A stretch of DNA of 64,000 bases from an uncultured virus (IMG/VR IMGVR_UViG_3300035208_000846) (lineage: Duplodnaviria > Heunggongvirae > Uroviricota > Caudoviricetes), in the IMG/VR virus record IMGVR_UViG_3300035208_000846; one strand, 5' to 3'. The notes beneath the pieces were generated by a model. The model was not told where the DNA came from and made no database searches. It worked only from the letters and a program-made list of their open reading frames with translations. The translations under genes and the position numbers were made by a program. Position 1 is the first letter of the stretch; each line of letters opens with the position of its first letter. Below, in pieces: positions 9,922 through 19,011 of this stretch.

Positions 9922-12777
9922 TTAGCCGATCTCAAGTTCGGCTCCGTAACGCGAAACACTTTTTCGGCGGCGATCACGTCTGCGGCTGTGGTAGCCTTCG
10001 ATCATCGCCTTGTAGGTGTCGATCTTTTCCAAACCCAAAACGCGGGAGGGGATTTGCGGCTCGTGGTATCCCGGCTGGAAGGAGGCGGCATACTCAAGGG
10101 TCGTTACCGCGTCTTGGGGAATCTTGGTTGAACGCTTGCCAGTCTTAACGTCGATGTGGGCTCGTTTGATTTCCTGATCCAACTTGGGACAGCACCCTCG
10201 CATGACCTGCAATGTCGGAGTCCCGGAGAAGGGGCCGGTCCCCCGAATTGCCAGCCAGCGATTGACTGCCATCTGCCGGGCCTCCACGTCCTTGTTGCCC
10301 GGATAGAATCCGCCCATCGAACCCAGGGAGCGAATTTGCACGCCGGCCTCACGGAGGGCAAGGAAATACTCTTCGGCCGTGTTCTTGTTCGAGATTCCCA
10401 TCTGGTGCTGGGAACCGGCCTTCTGGTCAATCACTGCCGCCTCCCATGCGTGGTCCCGGTCTCGGCGTTTGACCGCCGCCGCCCACTTGACTGTGTTCGA
10501 TTGGTTAATAACCTCCTCGTCGTAGACCCAGATGTGCTGCTCGTCAGGATCGACGGCAAGGAACAGGGTCGCACAGAACCGCGTTCCCGGATCGACCACG
10601 AAGTAGCGTGCCCAGTCGGGAGGAATCTCGAACGGTTCGCAACCGTGAATTCCCTGCGGTTGGTAGGAGGGATAGATACGGCGGCCTTGGAGAGCGAAGT
10701 TGCCTTCCCATCTGCTGATTCGCTCGTCCTCTGGAATTGATTCGTAGAACGCCTGCTTCTCGTCGTCCGGGATGTAGGGGTTTTCCCACACGAGAAACTG
10801 AAATGCCTCTACGTTCCGGCCGCCCGTCGCTGCCACTTCGGCCAACTCCTGCAATTGCGGGTTGGCGTTCTGCGGCGTGGCACTCCACCACATGCGGGGA
10901 ATGTGCCTCGGGTCTTCAGCCAAGGCCACAGCCCCTCGCCGTGCCTCGATATAGAACTGCTCATTCGCTAACTGCTCGTCGAACCAGACGGCGTTGTAGT
11001 GTTCGCCCTTCTGCGGTCGGCCTTCGCTGGAGCGGAACAGGATTCGCCAGCCGTTGATCCGCGACTTGACGTACCGGGGAATCTCCCGGCTGGCGTTCTC
11101 CCACGAGGGAGTCTGATAGGCTCGCTCCGGCAGCAGAGGAGGCGCGTCTTCCCACTTCTCCCGGTAGGCGTCGTCGTATGGATCGAGACGCAAGGGGTTG
11201 TCCGGATCGAACCGCACCGCCCGCCAGAGCTTCGTCTTCTCGTCCCGGATCTTTTTGAACTCCCCCGGTTGCGCCATCTTCTTCCAGAGTGCGCCAAGGT
11301 GGTCCATGTCCTCGGAGACAACCAGCATCAACCCGTCTTTGGGGAACTTATCATGCGGGTCGCAGTTCATGAAACAGCGGCACGCTTCAGCGGCTGCGCT
11401 GATCGTCTTAGAACTGTTTGCATGAGTCAGGCCAGCCAATTGATAATTCGCATATTCATCTACCGAAAAGTCCCAAATCGCGTCGTTGCCAACAAACTCG
11501 ACATGGGATACAATCGTTCTTGATGAAACACTAGCCACTTCGATAGAGGTAGGGTGCGATGCGAAAAAGACAAGCTCTTCCAGAAGACGAGTTGCGGCAT
11601 CTGTACGAGGTGAAGAAGATGACGCAACGTGAGATTGCAAAACACTTTGGTTGCGGCTGGAAAAAAGTGTTGCGGAATCTTCGCAAGTACGGCATTGAAT
11701 CCCGCAGGACTGGCCCCCGGAACGGCGAGTTGCATCCACAATGGAAGGGGGGGGTGACAATGGCTGGCAAGTATCGTGTCGTCTATGCGCCAGATCATCC
11801 GCACGCGAAGAAGGTTCACAAGTCAGGCGGCTATGTTCATGAGCACCGCTTGATAATGGAAGGGATTCTGGGACGATACTTGACCCCTGGAGAAATTGTC
11901 CATCACAAGGACGGGAATACTCTGAACAACGATCCAGAGAACCTGGAACTGTTTGCCTCAAACACGGATCATCTGCGTGCGACTTTGAAGGGGAAAGTCC
12001 CGAAATGGACAGATGCAGGTCTCGCCGCAATACACGATGGAGCAAGCAAGCCTCGGAAAGTCTCTGAGCACCTACTTCCTGAAATTCGTCGTCAATACCT
12101 AGAGGAACGAATTCCTCTAGTCGATCTCGCCGCACAGTATAATTGCGCACCCTGCGCGATTCGTTCTTTTCTTCAGTACCACGGCGTCCCCCTGCGTAGT
12201 CCGCGTGAGGCTTCGACGAAACACAAGATGCCGTCGAAAGATGAATTGCAGTTTGCCTATAACAAACTTGAGCACAAGGCGCTTCTGAAATATTTCGGAG
12301 TTTCTGTTGGCGTTCTGTACTCTTGGCTTCATAAGTACAAGATTCCCCTGAAAGAATCGCATCGCCCACGGAAATCCATTTCCCCTGAGACGACAGAATC
12401 CTGTGCTTCAGGGTAGCGATGAACGATTCCCCAGTGGACAGATAGACTCGGAACAGTTCGCCTTTGCCTTTCACGAACGGTCTTCCAGCCGGCCTGATCT
12501 CCAATTCGCCGGTTTGCGGATTGCGGCTGTAGACATGGAAGTCGGAGTCGATCTGGTCTATCCTCCGGTATTCTCCGCGTACTGGATCGAATATCTTCTG
12601 CTGTCCCCCGAGGCAACGGTTGGACCCGTAGACGATCCGAGTCTTGGCCTTGGATGCGTGAAACTGCTCGCCAACTGGCAGCGGGTTAAAGAGTTGCAGA
12701 CCTTCCCCTCGCAACTGCACCAGCTTCCGCAAGATGCGTTCTTCGGTTGCTCGTCGGATCGCCGCCGCCCTAGTCAC
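9922..12777 (-). CDS. terL: terminase large subunit containing a 400-aa intein
   Basis: Spliced Walker A GSNR|SSKT, Walker B VWFDEQ, SATP motif, ENPYI, nuclease VVDPG and QDA. Confidence 0.92.
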   Translation of the reverse strand: MTRAAAIRRATEERILRKLVQLRGEGLQLFNPLPVGEQFHASKAKTRIVYGSNRCLGGQQKIFDPVRGEYRRIDQIDSDFHVYSRNPQTGELEIRPAGRPFVKGKGELFRVYLSTGESFIATLKHRILSSQGKWISVGDAILSGESCTYEAKSTERQQKLRNISEAPCAQVCYRQTAIHLSTASCVSSKPHADYAGGRRGTEEKNESRRVRNYTVRRDRLEEFVPLGIDDEFQEVGAQRLSEACLLHRVLRRDLHLSISGLSPSKSHADDPCLRQTVPGSLDRCSEYSRPCDGQFLQGSSIVPESLPLSSGAHEHSRLTCEPSSRADDLAHRRHDTCQPLSPPPSIVDATRRSGGQSCGIQCRTCEDSATLFSSRNQSVLQSHVASSSSPRTDAATRLLEELVFFASHPTSIEVASVSSRTIVSHVEFVGNDAIWDFSVDEYANYQLAGLTHANSSKTISAAAEACRCFMNCDPHDKFPKDGLMLVVSEDMDHLGALWKKMAQPGEFKKIRDEKTKLWRAVRFDPDNPLRLDPYDDAYREKWEDAPPLLPERAYQTPSWENASREIPRYVKSRINGWRILFRSSEGRPQKGEHYNAVWFDEQLANEQFYIEARRGAVALAEDPRHIPRMWWSATPQNANPQLQELAEVAATGGRNVEAFQFLVWENPYIPDDEKQAFYESIPEDERISRWEGNFALQGRRIYPSYQPQGIHGCEPFEIPPDWARYFVVDPGTRFCATLFLAVDPDEQHIWVYDEEVINQSNTVKWAAAVKRRDRDHAWEAAVIDQKAGSQHQMGISNKNTAEEYFLALREAGVQIRSLGSMGGFYPGNKDVEARQMAVNRWLAIRGTGPFSGTPTLQVMRGCCPKLDQEIKRAHIDVKTGKRSTKIPQDAVTTLEYAASFQPGYHEPQIPSRVLGLEKIDTYKAMIEGYHSRRRDRRRKSVSRYGAELEIG
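11486..11514 (+). promoter_or_regulatory. sigma70-like promoter for the antisense HNH gene
   Basis: TTGCCA (11486-11491), 17 nt spacer, TACAAT (11509-11514); GAGGT at 11546-11550 lies 8 nt before the ATG at 11559. Confidence 0.65.
11559..12416 (+). CDS. HNH homing endonuclease with HTH domains, antisense inside the TerL intein
   Basis: HTH (MTQREIAKHFGC), WKGG, YVHEHRLIME...IVHHKDGNTLNNDPENL, further HTH-like segments. Confidence 0.88.
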   Translation: MRKRQALPEDELRHLYEVKKMTQREIAKHFGCGWKKVLRNLRKYGIESRRTGPRNGELHPQWKGGVTMAGKYRVVYAPDHPHAKKVHKSGGYVHEHRLIMEGILGRYLTPGEIVHHKDGNTLNNDPENLELFASNTDHLRATLKGKVPKWTDAGLAAIHDGASKPRKVSEHLLPEIRRQYLEERIPLVDLAAQYNCAPCAIRSFLQYHGVPLRSPREASTKHKMPSKDELQFAYNKLEHKALLKYFGVSVGVLYSWLHKYKIPLKESHRPRKSISPETTESCASG

Positions 12778-13190
12778 CCGACCTCCTTCAGGACCGCTGC
12801 CTTGGTTTCCGGAGTCAACTTCCCGAACAGGTCTTCCAGGAACTCCCGCCGCAATTGTTTCTCCAACGCCTTCATCGAGACTTCGTCTTCGTCCACATCG
12901 TCTTCGCCGTACTTCTCCAGCCCCCGGAGAACCATGTTCAGGACGGACGTTTGCGCTGCACTTCCCGGTGGCGCGTTCTCGAATGCAGCCCGCAAAAGCT
13001 GTGCGATACCAGTCGGCCCGCCGAACTCGTTGAACGTCGCCAGCGTGGTTGTGCGAAGAGAAAGTCGGAAGGCGTCGTCACTGACCGATTCCGGTTCGCG
13101 TGGGGCTTTAGCCGGCCGCCAGCGTTCCCCATCGATCATGCGGAGGATCGCCCGGGCATCCTCGACCACGTCGCCGCTTGAATCTCCCAT
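12774..13190 (-). CDS. putative terminase small subunit
   Basis: 138 aa helical protein overlapping the TerL start by 4 nt; call by position only. Confidence 0.45.
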   Translation of the reverse strand: MGDSSGDVVEDARAILRMIDGERWRPAKAPREPESVSDDAFRLSLRTTTLATFNEFGGPTGIAQLLRAAFENAPPGSAAQTSVLNMVLRGLEKYGEDDVDEDEVSMKALEKQLRREFLEDLFGKLTPETKAAVLKEVG

Positions 13191-13468
13191 GTCTCCCTCA
13201 CGTCCTTACCGCGTGTCTGCCAGCGGTGGACCTTAATGTTTCCTTCGATTCTCACCCGCTCGTTGGCGAACGTCGCCGCCATCTGGTCTGCCAATTCGTC
13301 CTTCCCGGTGACTGTGAATTCCATTCCGTTGGCAGTCACGCTGGCCTTTGCAAACCCTCCCTCGTATGGCAAGTCAACCTTGATCGGCTGATGGTTTACC
13401 GTTCCCTCAACAATGGCCGTTGCTTGTTGACAAGATCGCGCATCGAGTACCAGCCCCGGCCCTGACAT
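13136..13468 (-). CDS. OB-fold/SSB-like protein
   Basis: VRIEGNIKVHRWQ...TWEIQA resembles SSB core strands. Confidence 0.5.
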   Translation of the reverse strand: MSGPGLVLDARSCQQATAIVEGTVNHQPIKVDLPYEGGFAKASVTANGMEFTVTGKDELADQMAATFANERVRIEGNIKVHRWQTRGKDVRETWEIQAATWSRMPGRSSA

Positions 13469-13740
13469 TCCCCGCAAGCTCCTTTGCACTCACACATGAC
13501 ATACGGCAGGGCCGACATAATCTCCTGCTCGATCCCTGCCATGTGACGGTAGACTGCATCCCAATCCACAACCTGCCCACCGTAATCCGTTTCCTTCCGG
13601 ATCAGGCGATACTGCAATCCGTGCAAGTCGGTCAACGCCTGCATCATCTCGACGCGAAATTGAAACGGTTCCCGGAGCCAGACCGGAACCCGGTCGCCGT
13701 TGGCGTCTCGATAAATCTCTTCCTTGTTGGCGGAAATCAT
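13396..13740 (-). CDS. hypothetical protein with C-terminal Cys cluster
   Basis: PYVMCECKGACGECQGRGW; similar to the C-terminus of the ParB-like ORF (PYCVCPICGGNGCKQCEHRGW). Confidence 0.55.
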   Translation of the reverse strand: MISANKEEIYRDANGDRVPVWLREPFQFRVEMMQALTDLHGLQYRLIRKETDYGGQVVDWDAVYRHMAGIEQEIMSALPYVMCECKGACGECQGRGWYSMRDLVNKQRPLLRER

Positions 13741-13789
13741 AATGGCGTCCCGCCAGATTCCGTTCTGGCGGGACGAAGCACCTCATGCG

Positions 13790-14356
13790 TCACGAACCCT
13801 TGATGCCACCAAGCCACAGATCGACCCAGACCAGGACGGCGGTATCGGATGTCGATCCGCCTTGGTCCACTGTGCCGATCACGAACTGGCCGGCGGTCAT
13901 CGTGCCTCCATACAGGCAGCCCAGATCGTCGCAGATAACCTCCGAATGGACAGCGTGGGTGATTGCGCCGGCTTCGGTTCTGATGTTGCATGGACCACGG
14001 ACGACGCCCCAGAAGTAGTCTTTCGACGGAATCGAAAACCCCGTCGCGTAGGCATCGTCGATCGGGATGCACGCCTGGCCGGCGGTGTCCGTCAGTGCGT
14101 CCACCTTGCGGCCGTAGTCGTAGGCGTCCGTCCCGAACTTGTAGACGTTGTTTGCCATCGTCAACGCGGTATCTGCGTCGTTCTTCAGCAGCCGCAAGAC
14201 GACTTCGCCGCCCAACTCATGGACGGTATCGGCAACGACGAACTCGGCCCCGAGCATGTGGTCGAGCGATTCGTCGCTGACAGTCATGCCAATCCCGCCG
14301 CCGTCCGAAAACGTCGTACCACGGGCGAATGGCAGGTTATTTCCTCGCAAAGGCAT
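13790..14356 (-). CDS. putative capsid decoration/cement protein
   Basis: 188 aa directly after the MCP; YFWGVVRGP motif. Confidence 0.6.
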   Translation of the reverse strand: MPLRGNNLPFARGTTFSDGGGIGMTVSDESLDHMLGAEFVVADTVHELGGEVVLRLLKNDADTALTMANNVYKFGTDAYDYGRKVDALTDTAGQACIPIDDAYATGFSIPSKDYFWGVVRGPCNIRTEAGAITHAVHSEVICDDLGCLYGGTMTAGQFVIGTVDQGGSTSDTAVLVWVDLWLGGIKGS

Positions 14357-14404
14357 TATGTTGATCCTCGTTCAAAAGGTTTGGTTCAGTCAGAAGTCCC
14401 TGCG

Positions 14405-15484
14405 TCAGCTAATGGCCAGGAACTTGGTCTGGAACGCCGGCGATTCCCAGATCATCTGGAGGTGGGAATCAAGACCGATCCGCTTGTTCTTGGTCGTCAG
14501 GTCGAAGTCCTCATCCATTTCAACGAGCTTCTTCCCCATCACATGGAGCCGAATCTTGTCGAATCGGATGCCGTACCCGACGCCGGCGGGAACGTACATG
14601 TCCTCAAGGAAGTCCACGCCCATGTACGCCATCGCGTCGATGCCCGCGTCGATCAGCGTCTTGTTCTGCGTGACCTCAAAGGACTGGTCCGCCTCGAACG
14701 ACTGCTTCGCCTGGAGCATCATCAAGGGGGTAATGACGATCAGGTCGGGTTTCTTGCCGTGCAAGACTTTCTGGAACGTGATGCCCCAGTTGACGACTTC
14801 CTGCCACTGGCCAGCCCAGGTCGCTGTGGAACTCAGGAACTTCGCGTTCGTGTAGTCCACCTCTAGCGGCGAGAAGAAGCAGTAGGCTTCGTCTCCGGAG
14901 CCAGTCGGCCAGGTCTCGCTGTCTTCCGCCGTCCACGATCCGCCGTAGGCAGCCAGCGCCGTGTTTAGTCCGGCGTATGTGCCGGTCGGCGTGCCGACGC
15001 GAGCGTTCTCAGCAACGGCCGAAGCATTGAAGACCGACTCGATGCCGTGAAGCTCCTGGCTCCCGGTGGCCGCGCCATCGGTCGTCCACTTGCTGGCCAA
15101 GTCGATCCGGAAGTCCTCCATCGTCTCCTTGATGGCGTCTTCCAGAATGTTGTAAAAGGCGTTCGGATCATTCTGCGAAGCCAACTGGGAGAACTTCGAG
15201 ATCGACTCGCCAAGCTGGTAGGCGCGATAGGGAACTTCGCACCGCTTCTTGGTGTTCGTCGCCGGAAAGTCCATCGCCAGCGGATCGCCGGCAACGTGGA
15301 TGCTCCGCCGCTTGTAACGGACGTTCCACCACGTTTCGTATCCGCCGCAGTTGTATTTGATCTGACCCTTCTTTTGGATCATCGCCCAGATTGGCGATTC
15401 CTGGAAAAGAGGATCGACCTGCTCCTTGACCAGCGCCGCAATAGTCGCGGTCTGGACCTGAGCATTGGGAGAAATGTGAGCCAT
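14405..15484 (-). CDS. major capsid protein
   Basis: ~360 aa after the scaffold; AGGAG RBS; ELHGIES, KPDLIVIT, YMGVDFLED motifs typical of HK97-fold MCPs. Confidence 0.8.
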   Translation of the reverse strand: MAHISPNAQVQTATIAALVKEQVDPLFQESPIWAMIQKKGQIKYNCGGYETWWNVRYKRRSIHVAGDPLAMDFPATNTKKRCEVPYRAYQLGESISKFSQLASQNDPNAFYNILEDAIKETMEDFRIDLASKWTTDGAATGSQELHGIESVFNASAVAENARVGTPTGTYAGLNTALAAYGGSWTAEDSETWPTGSGDEAYCFFSPLEVDYTNAKFLSSTATWAGQWQEVVNWGITFQKVLHGKKPDLIVITPLMMLQAKQSFEADQSFEVTQNKTLIDAGIDAMAYMGVDFLEDMYVPAGVGYGIRFDKIRLHVMGKKLVEMDEDFDLTTKNKRIGLDSHLQMIWESPAFQTKFLAIS

Positions 15485-15556
15485 TATCAAACTCCTACTT
15501 TCAGCAGGTTAAAAAACACGAACGACTAGAGGGATGAGGGTAGGAGGTTTTGTTAA

Positions 15557-15602
15557 ACGGTCGCAGGCGAGGCCCAGGAGGGGTTGTCTCGCCTTCGACC
15601 GT
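15557..15602 (-). promoter_or_regulatory. stem-loop in the MCP leader
   Basis: ACGGTCG-C-AGGCGAG ... CTCGCCT-T-CGACCGT; 14 bp stem with one mismatch. Confidence 0.55.
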
Positions 15603-15646
15603 CACGAAGCCCAGCGCCCTCCACGCTAGGCCGCGTCGTAGCGCGT

Positions 15647-16600
15647 TCACTCGGTCGCACCGTAGAACTTCTTCATCAGGTGCGTTTGGATCGCAGCCAT
15701 GCTCCAGCCTTCCTTGGCCAGCTTTTCCGCCTCTGCCTGGAGGTTGACAGCGTCGCTCGGAGGGGGAGCGACTGCCGCCTGCCGTTTGGCAGCCGCAGCC
15801 GGCTTGCGAACCTCGTTCGGCTTGGGCATCTCGGCCTTCGCCAAACGGATTGATTTTTGAAGCCACGATACCGGGTTCGCCTTCGCAAACTCGGGATCGC
15901 TCTGCCAGATTTCGGCAACCTTGGTTCCCAGTTCGGTTGTGTTCTGCCAGTCGATCTTGCCGTCCCTGAACAGTTCCTTGGCGACCGGATCGAGGGTTGC
16001 CTGAACCTTCGTTGCGAGAATTTCCGTTTGCCGCTCGGCCTGAAGTTCGGTGGCCGTCTTCTGAAGTCCGCCGATGACCGGCTGGACAGTCTTGGTCAGA
16101 TACCCCTGCGGGTCGCGGAGCAGTTCCCGCAATTGTGAGTTGTGAACAAGTTCTCGTGTCTGATTGATGAACCATCTGTTGTATTTAGCCAGCTTCGCCT
16201 TATCCTGCGGCGTCATCTCCTCGGCGGTCATCTCCGCCCAGGCGGGGTCGTACTCCGGAATCTTTTCTTCCGGCGGCCCGGGTTTGATCTCCGGTTCCGC
16301 CTTCTGTTGCTTCGATTGCAGGAACTCCATGAACTCGGCTTCGTGATCGACCATCGCTTGGCCGAGTGCCGCAAGTTCATCTCGCTGGCCGATCCGCCGT
16401 TCAAGTTCCTGGTAGGACTTGGCCAGAGTGTCCTGATCCTTGAATTTGCCCAGGATCAGTTCCGGCTCCGAAGACTCTTCCGTCTCCGGCGTCTCGGGAA
16501 CTTCAGGCGTTTCCGGCGTTACTGCCGGCTCTTCCGTCTGGGATTCCTTGGACTCAAATTCCGTTTGGGCCTCTTCCATGCGCTCCTGTAGACTTGCCAC
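15647..16600 (-). CDS. capsid scaffolding protein
   Basis: Acidic N-terminus, LILGKFKDQDTLAKSYQELERRIG motif, upstream of the MCP. Confidence 0.75.
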   Translation of the reverse strand: MASLQERMEEAQTEFESKESQTEEPAVTPETPEVPETPETEESSEPELILGKFKDQDTLAKSYQELERRIGQRDELAALGQAMVDHEAEFMEFLQSKQQKAEPEIKPGPPEEKIPEYDPAWAEMTAEEMTPQDKAKLAKYNRWFINQTRELVHNSQLRELLRDPQGYLTKTVQPVIGGLQKTATELQAERQTEILATKVQATLDPVAKELFRDGKIDWQNTTELGTKVAEIWQSDPEFAKANPVSWLQKSIRLAKAEMPKPNEVRKPAAAAKRQAAVAPPPSDAVNLQAEAEKLAKEGWSMAAIQTHLMKKFYGATE

Positions 16601-16723
16601 ACCGTGCTCCGATTCCCGCGCTACGAGAGGGAGTGAGGGACTTTACGCGGGACGAATTGGAGGGATGCGCCAGAGCGCTCAATTCGACCTACACCCACGA
16701 TAGACAGGGGGTATCAACCACCC

Positions 16724-17080
16724 CTAGAATTTCGGGTGTTTATGGGTGTCAAGAGGTTGTCTGCCATGACGTGCCAGGACTTCGAGATACCTGGCGTAAT
16801 GCTCTGGACGAAGATCGAGACCGTATCCATTCTTCGCTGGAGCAGTCGTAAGCACATGGTTCTTCGTTGCCAATTGGCAGGCAACGCAAGGCAGATAGAC
16901 CTTGAATCCGCAGCGGGGGCATAGTCCAAGTTGACCGGGCCGCTTCTCTGGAATGTCGAGTTGTGCGGCTATTTCCTGCACGTCCGTATCCGATACCCCG
17001 ACCACGATTGCAATCTCGTGTTGTGTCTTCCGCCCTTCGGCTAGAAGTCGCTCCACTTGCTCTTGCATTCGCGGGTGCAT
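16724..17080 (-). CDS. HTH plus zinc-finger protein
   Basis: TQHEIAIVVGVS HTH; CPRCG...PCVAC. Confidence 0.6.
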   Translation of the reverse strand: MHPRMQEQVERLLAEGRKTQHEIAIVVGVSDTDVQEIAAQLDIPEKRPGQLGLCPRCGFKVYLPCVACQLATKNHVLTTAPAKNGYGLDLRPEHYARYLEVLARHGRQPLDTHKHPKF

Positions 17081-17081
17081 C

Positions 17082-17459
17082 TCATCTCATCTTTCCTGGC
17101 TGACGGACGATCGGCATCCCGGCCAGCACCACCCACTGGTAGACCTGATTGACGGAAATGTCATCCGGCAAATGGTTCTCGCCGTGTGACCAATCGAAGT
17201 TCAGCCGTCTCGGATCAGGCATCACGATCATTGCCACAATGTCAGCAACGGCGGCGGCGACCTTCTCGTCATCGAACGCCTTATAGAACTCGATGTCTTT
17301 CCCTTCGCTGTTGCGGACCTTGACTTTGGTTCTCCAGGTTTCGCGGCGTTTGTGCCAGGACACGCGATAATACTGCGAGTGGTATCGACCCCTGCTCCTG
17401 GCCCTGGCCTCCCGCAGTAATCTCCGCGACCGTGCCGTTGCGTCTTCTAGTTGTCCCAT
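17082..17459 (-). CDS. AP2-like DNA-binding protein
   Basis: SQYYRVSWHKRRETWRTKV...FDDEKVAA...LNF. Confidence 0.6.
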   Translation of the reverse strand: MGQLEDATARSRRLLREARARSRGRYHSQYYRVSWHKRRETWRTKVKVRNSEGKDIEFYKAFDDEKVAAAVADIVAMIVMPDPRRLNFDWSHGENHLPDDISVNQVYQWVVLAGMPIVRQPGKMR

Positions 17460-18094
17460 CGGTTTGAAATTCTCCCTTGCCAATTCACCCGCAGCGGTCC
17501 CAGGTGCAAGACCTGAAATGGCAACCGCCGCATCTTGTCTGGCATCCATTTCCGCCAGAAGTGCGTGTCGCATCCCTGGTAACTCGTCCATTCGTCGTTC
17601 TCATACCAGGGCGGGGGATGATCCAGCACTGGGTCTTCCCACTGGAACATCTGGAAATAGCCCGCGTACTCCCCGTTGCGAATTTCCGGCCCATACGGTT
17701 GCTCGTACCATTCTTCCTCGCGATCCTTGATTATCAGGTAATCGCGGTAACTACTGACGATCCTCCTGTGCGGCGAGTGGATACATCCCGGTTCCAGCGT
17801 GCTAAGGTCCATCTGCTTCGGCAGGAGAATATCTGCGTCCAGCACGGCAATCCACCCCGGTTCGTCCAGATACTTCAATCCCCAGTCGATCGCATGGCCC
17901 TTGTCATAGTGCAAGTCCTTGTCAGTCCGATTGACGCAAATGACCTCCACGTCAGAACCGATGGCAATCTGCTGTGTCTTCGTATCCTCGCGTGTCGTGA
18001 CGACAAGCGGATCGAAATGCTCCAGCGTTCTCGGCAGCGTCAACCGGAGATAGTCGTCATACTCGACACAGACGATGATTGCAGGCGGTTTCAC
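17447..18094 (-). CDS. GT-A fold glycosyltransferase
   Basis: KGHAIDWG, VLDADI (DxD), GYFQMF; GTG start overlaps the upstream TGA. Confidence 0.7.
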   Translation of the reverse strand: MKPPAIIVCVEYDDYLRLTLPRTLEHFDPLVVTTREDTKTQQIAIGSDVEVICVNRTDKDLHYDKGHAIDWGLKYLDEPGWIAVLDADILLPKQMDLSTLEPGCIHSPHRRIVSSYRDYLIIKDREEEWYEQPYGPEIRNGEYAGYFQMFQWEDPVLDHPPPWYENDEWTSYQGCDTHFWRKWMPDKMRRLPFQVLHLGPLRVNWQGRISNRWDN

Positions 18095-19011
18095 CAGTAT
18101 GGGTTCCTTTTCAATGCAATCCCTTCTACGTCCGGGTAATCCTCGCACCGCTCCAGCCGCATCGGCCGAGAATCCCAAGGGTCGATCGACTCGAACCCCT
18201 GTTCCGGAATCGACGACCGCCAGCATTCCTGGAGGAACTTGTTCATCATCGCCGCCGTGAACCCAAACGTGCTGTTGGAAAGCGCCAGCACGTCGCAGAG
18301 CGTCAGCATGTACCAGTCGGGGAAGAAGTCCATCTGCCAAGGCTCGCGCTTCGCTAGGTCATGCGAAAGGTAGTTGTAATATCTCCTGCTTGGCTTCAAC
18401 GTGACATTCAGGTCGGCCATCGTAACGGGATCGTAATCAGCGAACCATTCCAGGGTTTCCGGGCTTTCCGTGGCAATGAACAGGATCGGATTGACGAACC
18501 GCTGCCAATTTTCTTCCAGCCATTTCCGCCACCACTCCTTCGGAGTTAGGTGGAAGATCAGCCGGCCGTAGTCGCCCCGCCGAATATGTAGGCCAATGAT
18601 CGTCCGCTTGGCAATGAACTGCTCCAGCGCCCATTGGGTCGCCGGCAAGACTTGATCCAGGACTTCCAGGGTCGGCATGAACCAGGATCGAATCTCGTAC
18701 TTCCAGGGAGCATAGTAGCTGGCATGGTACTGCGCATACCCTCTCCAATCCGTGTTGACGAATTCATTCGCCCGAGGCGGAACTTGCTCGTCGAGATGAT
18801 TGCCTTGCCATTTCTCGTGGGCATGAGGAAGCATCACGGAGATGTTCGGTTCAGAGAATCCGCAGAGTTCGTTGCCAACCCAAGGCGGCAGCTGAACTTC
18901 CAGACCCCACCGATCCGCGTAGAGACGCAGGAATTGATATTGAAATACCTGATTTCCCCATCTTCCGCATCTTCCCAACTCGCGCATTGTAATGACACCA
19001 CTCATTTTCAC
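18091..19011 (-). CDS. GT11 (alpha-1,2-fucosyltransferase-like) glycosyltransferase
   Basis: GRWGNQVFQY, LHIRRGDY, SNSTFG motifs. Confidence 0.85.
   Translation of the reverse strand: MKMSGVITMRELGRCGRWGNQVFQYQFLRLYADRWGLEVQLPPWVGNELCGFSEPNISVMLPHAHEKWQGNHLDEQVPPRANEFVNTDWRGYAQYHASYYAPWKYEIRSWFMPTLEVLDQVLPATQWALEQFIAKRTIIGLHIRRGDYGRLIFHLTPKEWWRKWLEENWQRFVNPILFIATESPETLEWFADYDPVTMADLNVTLKPSRRYYNYLSHDLAKREPWQMDFFPDWYMLTLCDVLALSNSTFGFTAAMMNKFLQECWRSSIPEQGFESIDPWDSRPMRLERCEDYPDVEGIALKRNPYW

Larger units (their letters stand above)
11416..12615 (-). mobile_element. intein in the TerL Walker A motif
   Basis: Begins CLGGQQKI; block B IATLKHRI; ends IWDFSVDEYANYQLAGLTHAN followed by Ser+1; 1200 nt. 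Confidence 0.9.

Noticed and set aside
13724..14866. 380-aa plus-strand ORF opposite the capsid genes
   Set aside because: No recognisable motifs; typical antisense ORF of GC-rich coding DNA, unlike the motif-bearing HNH at 11559.
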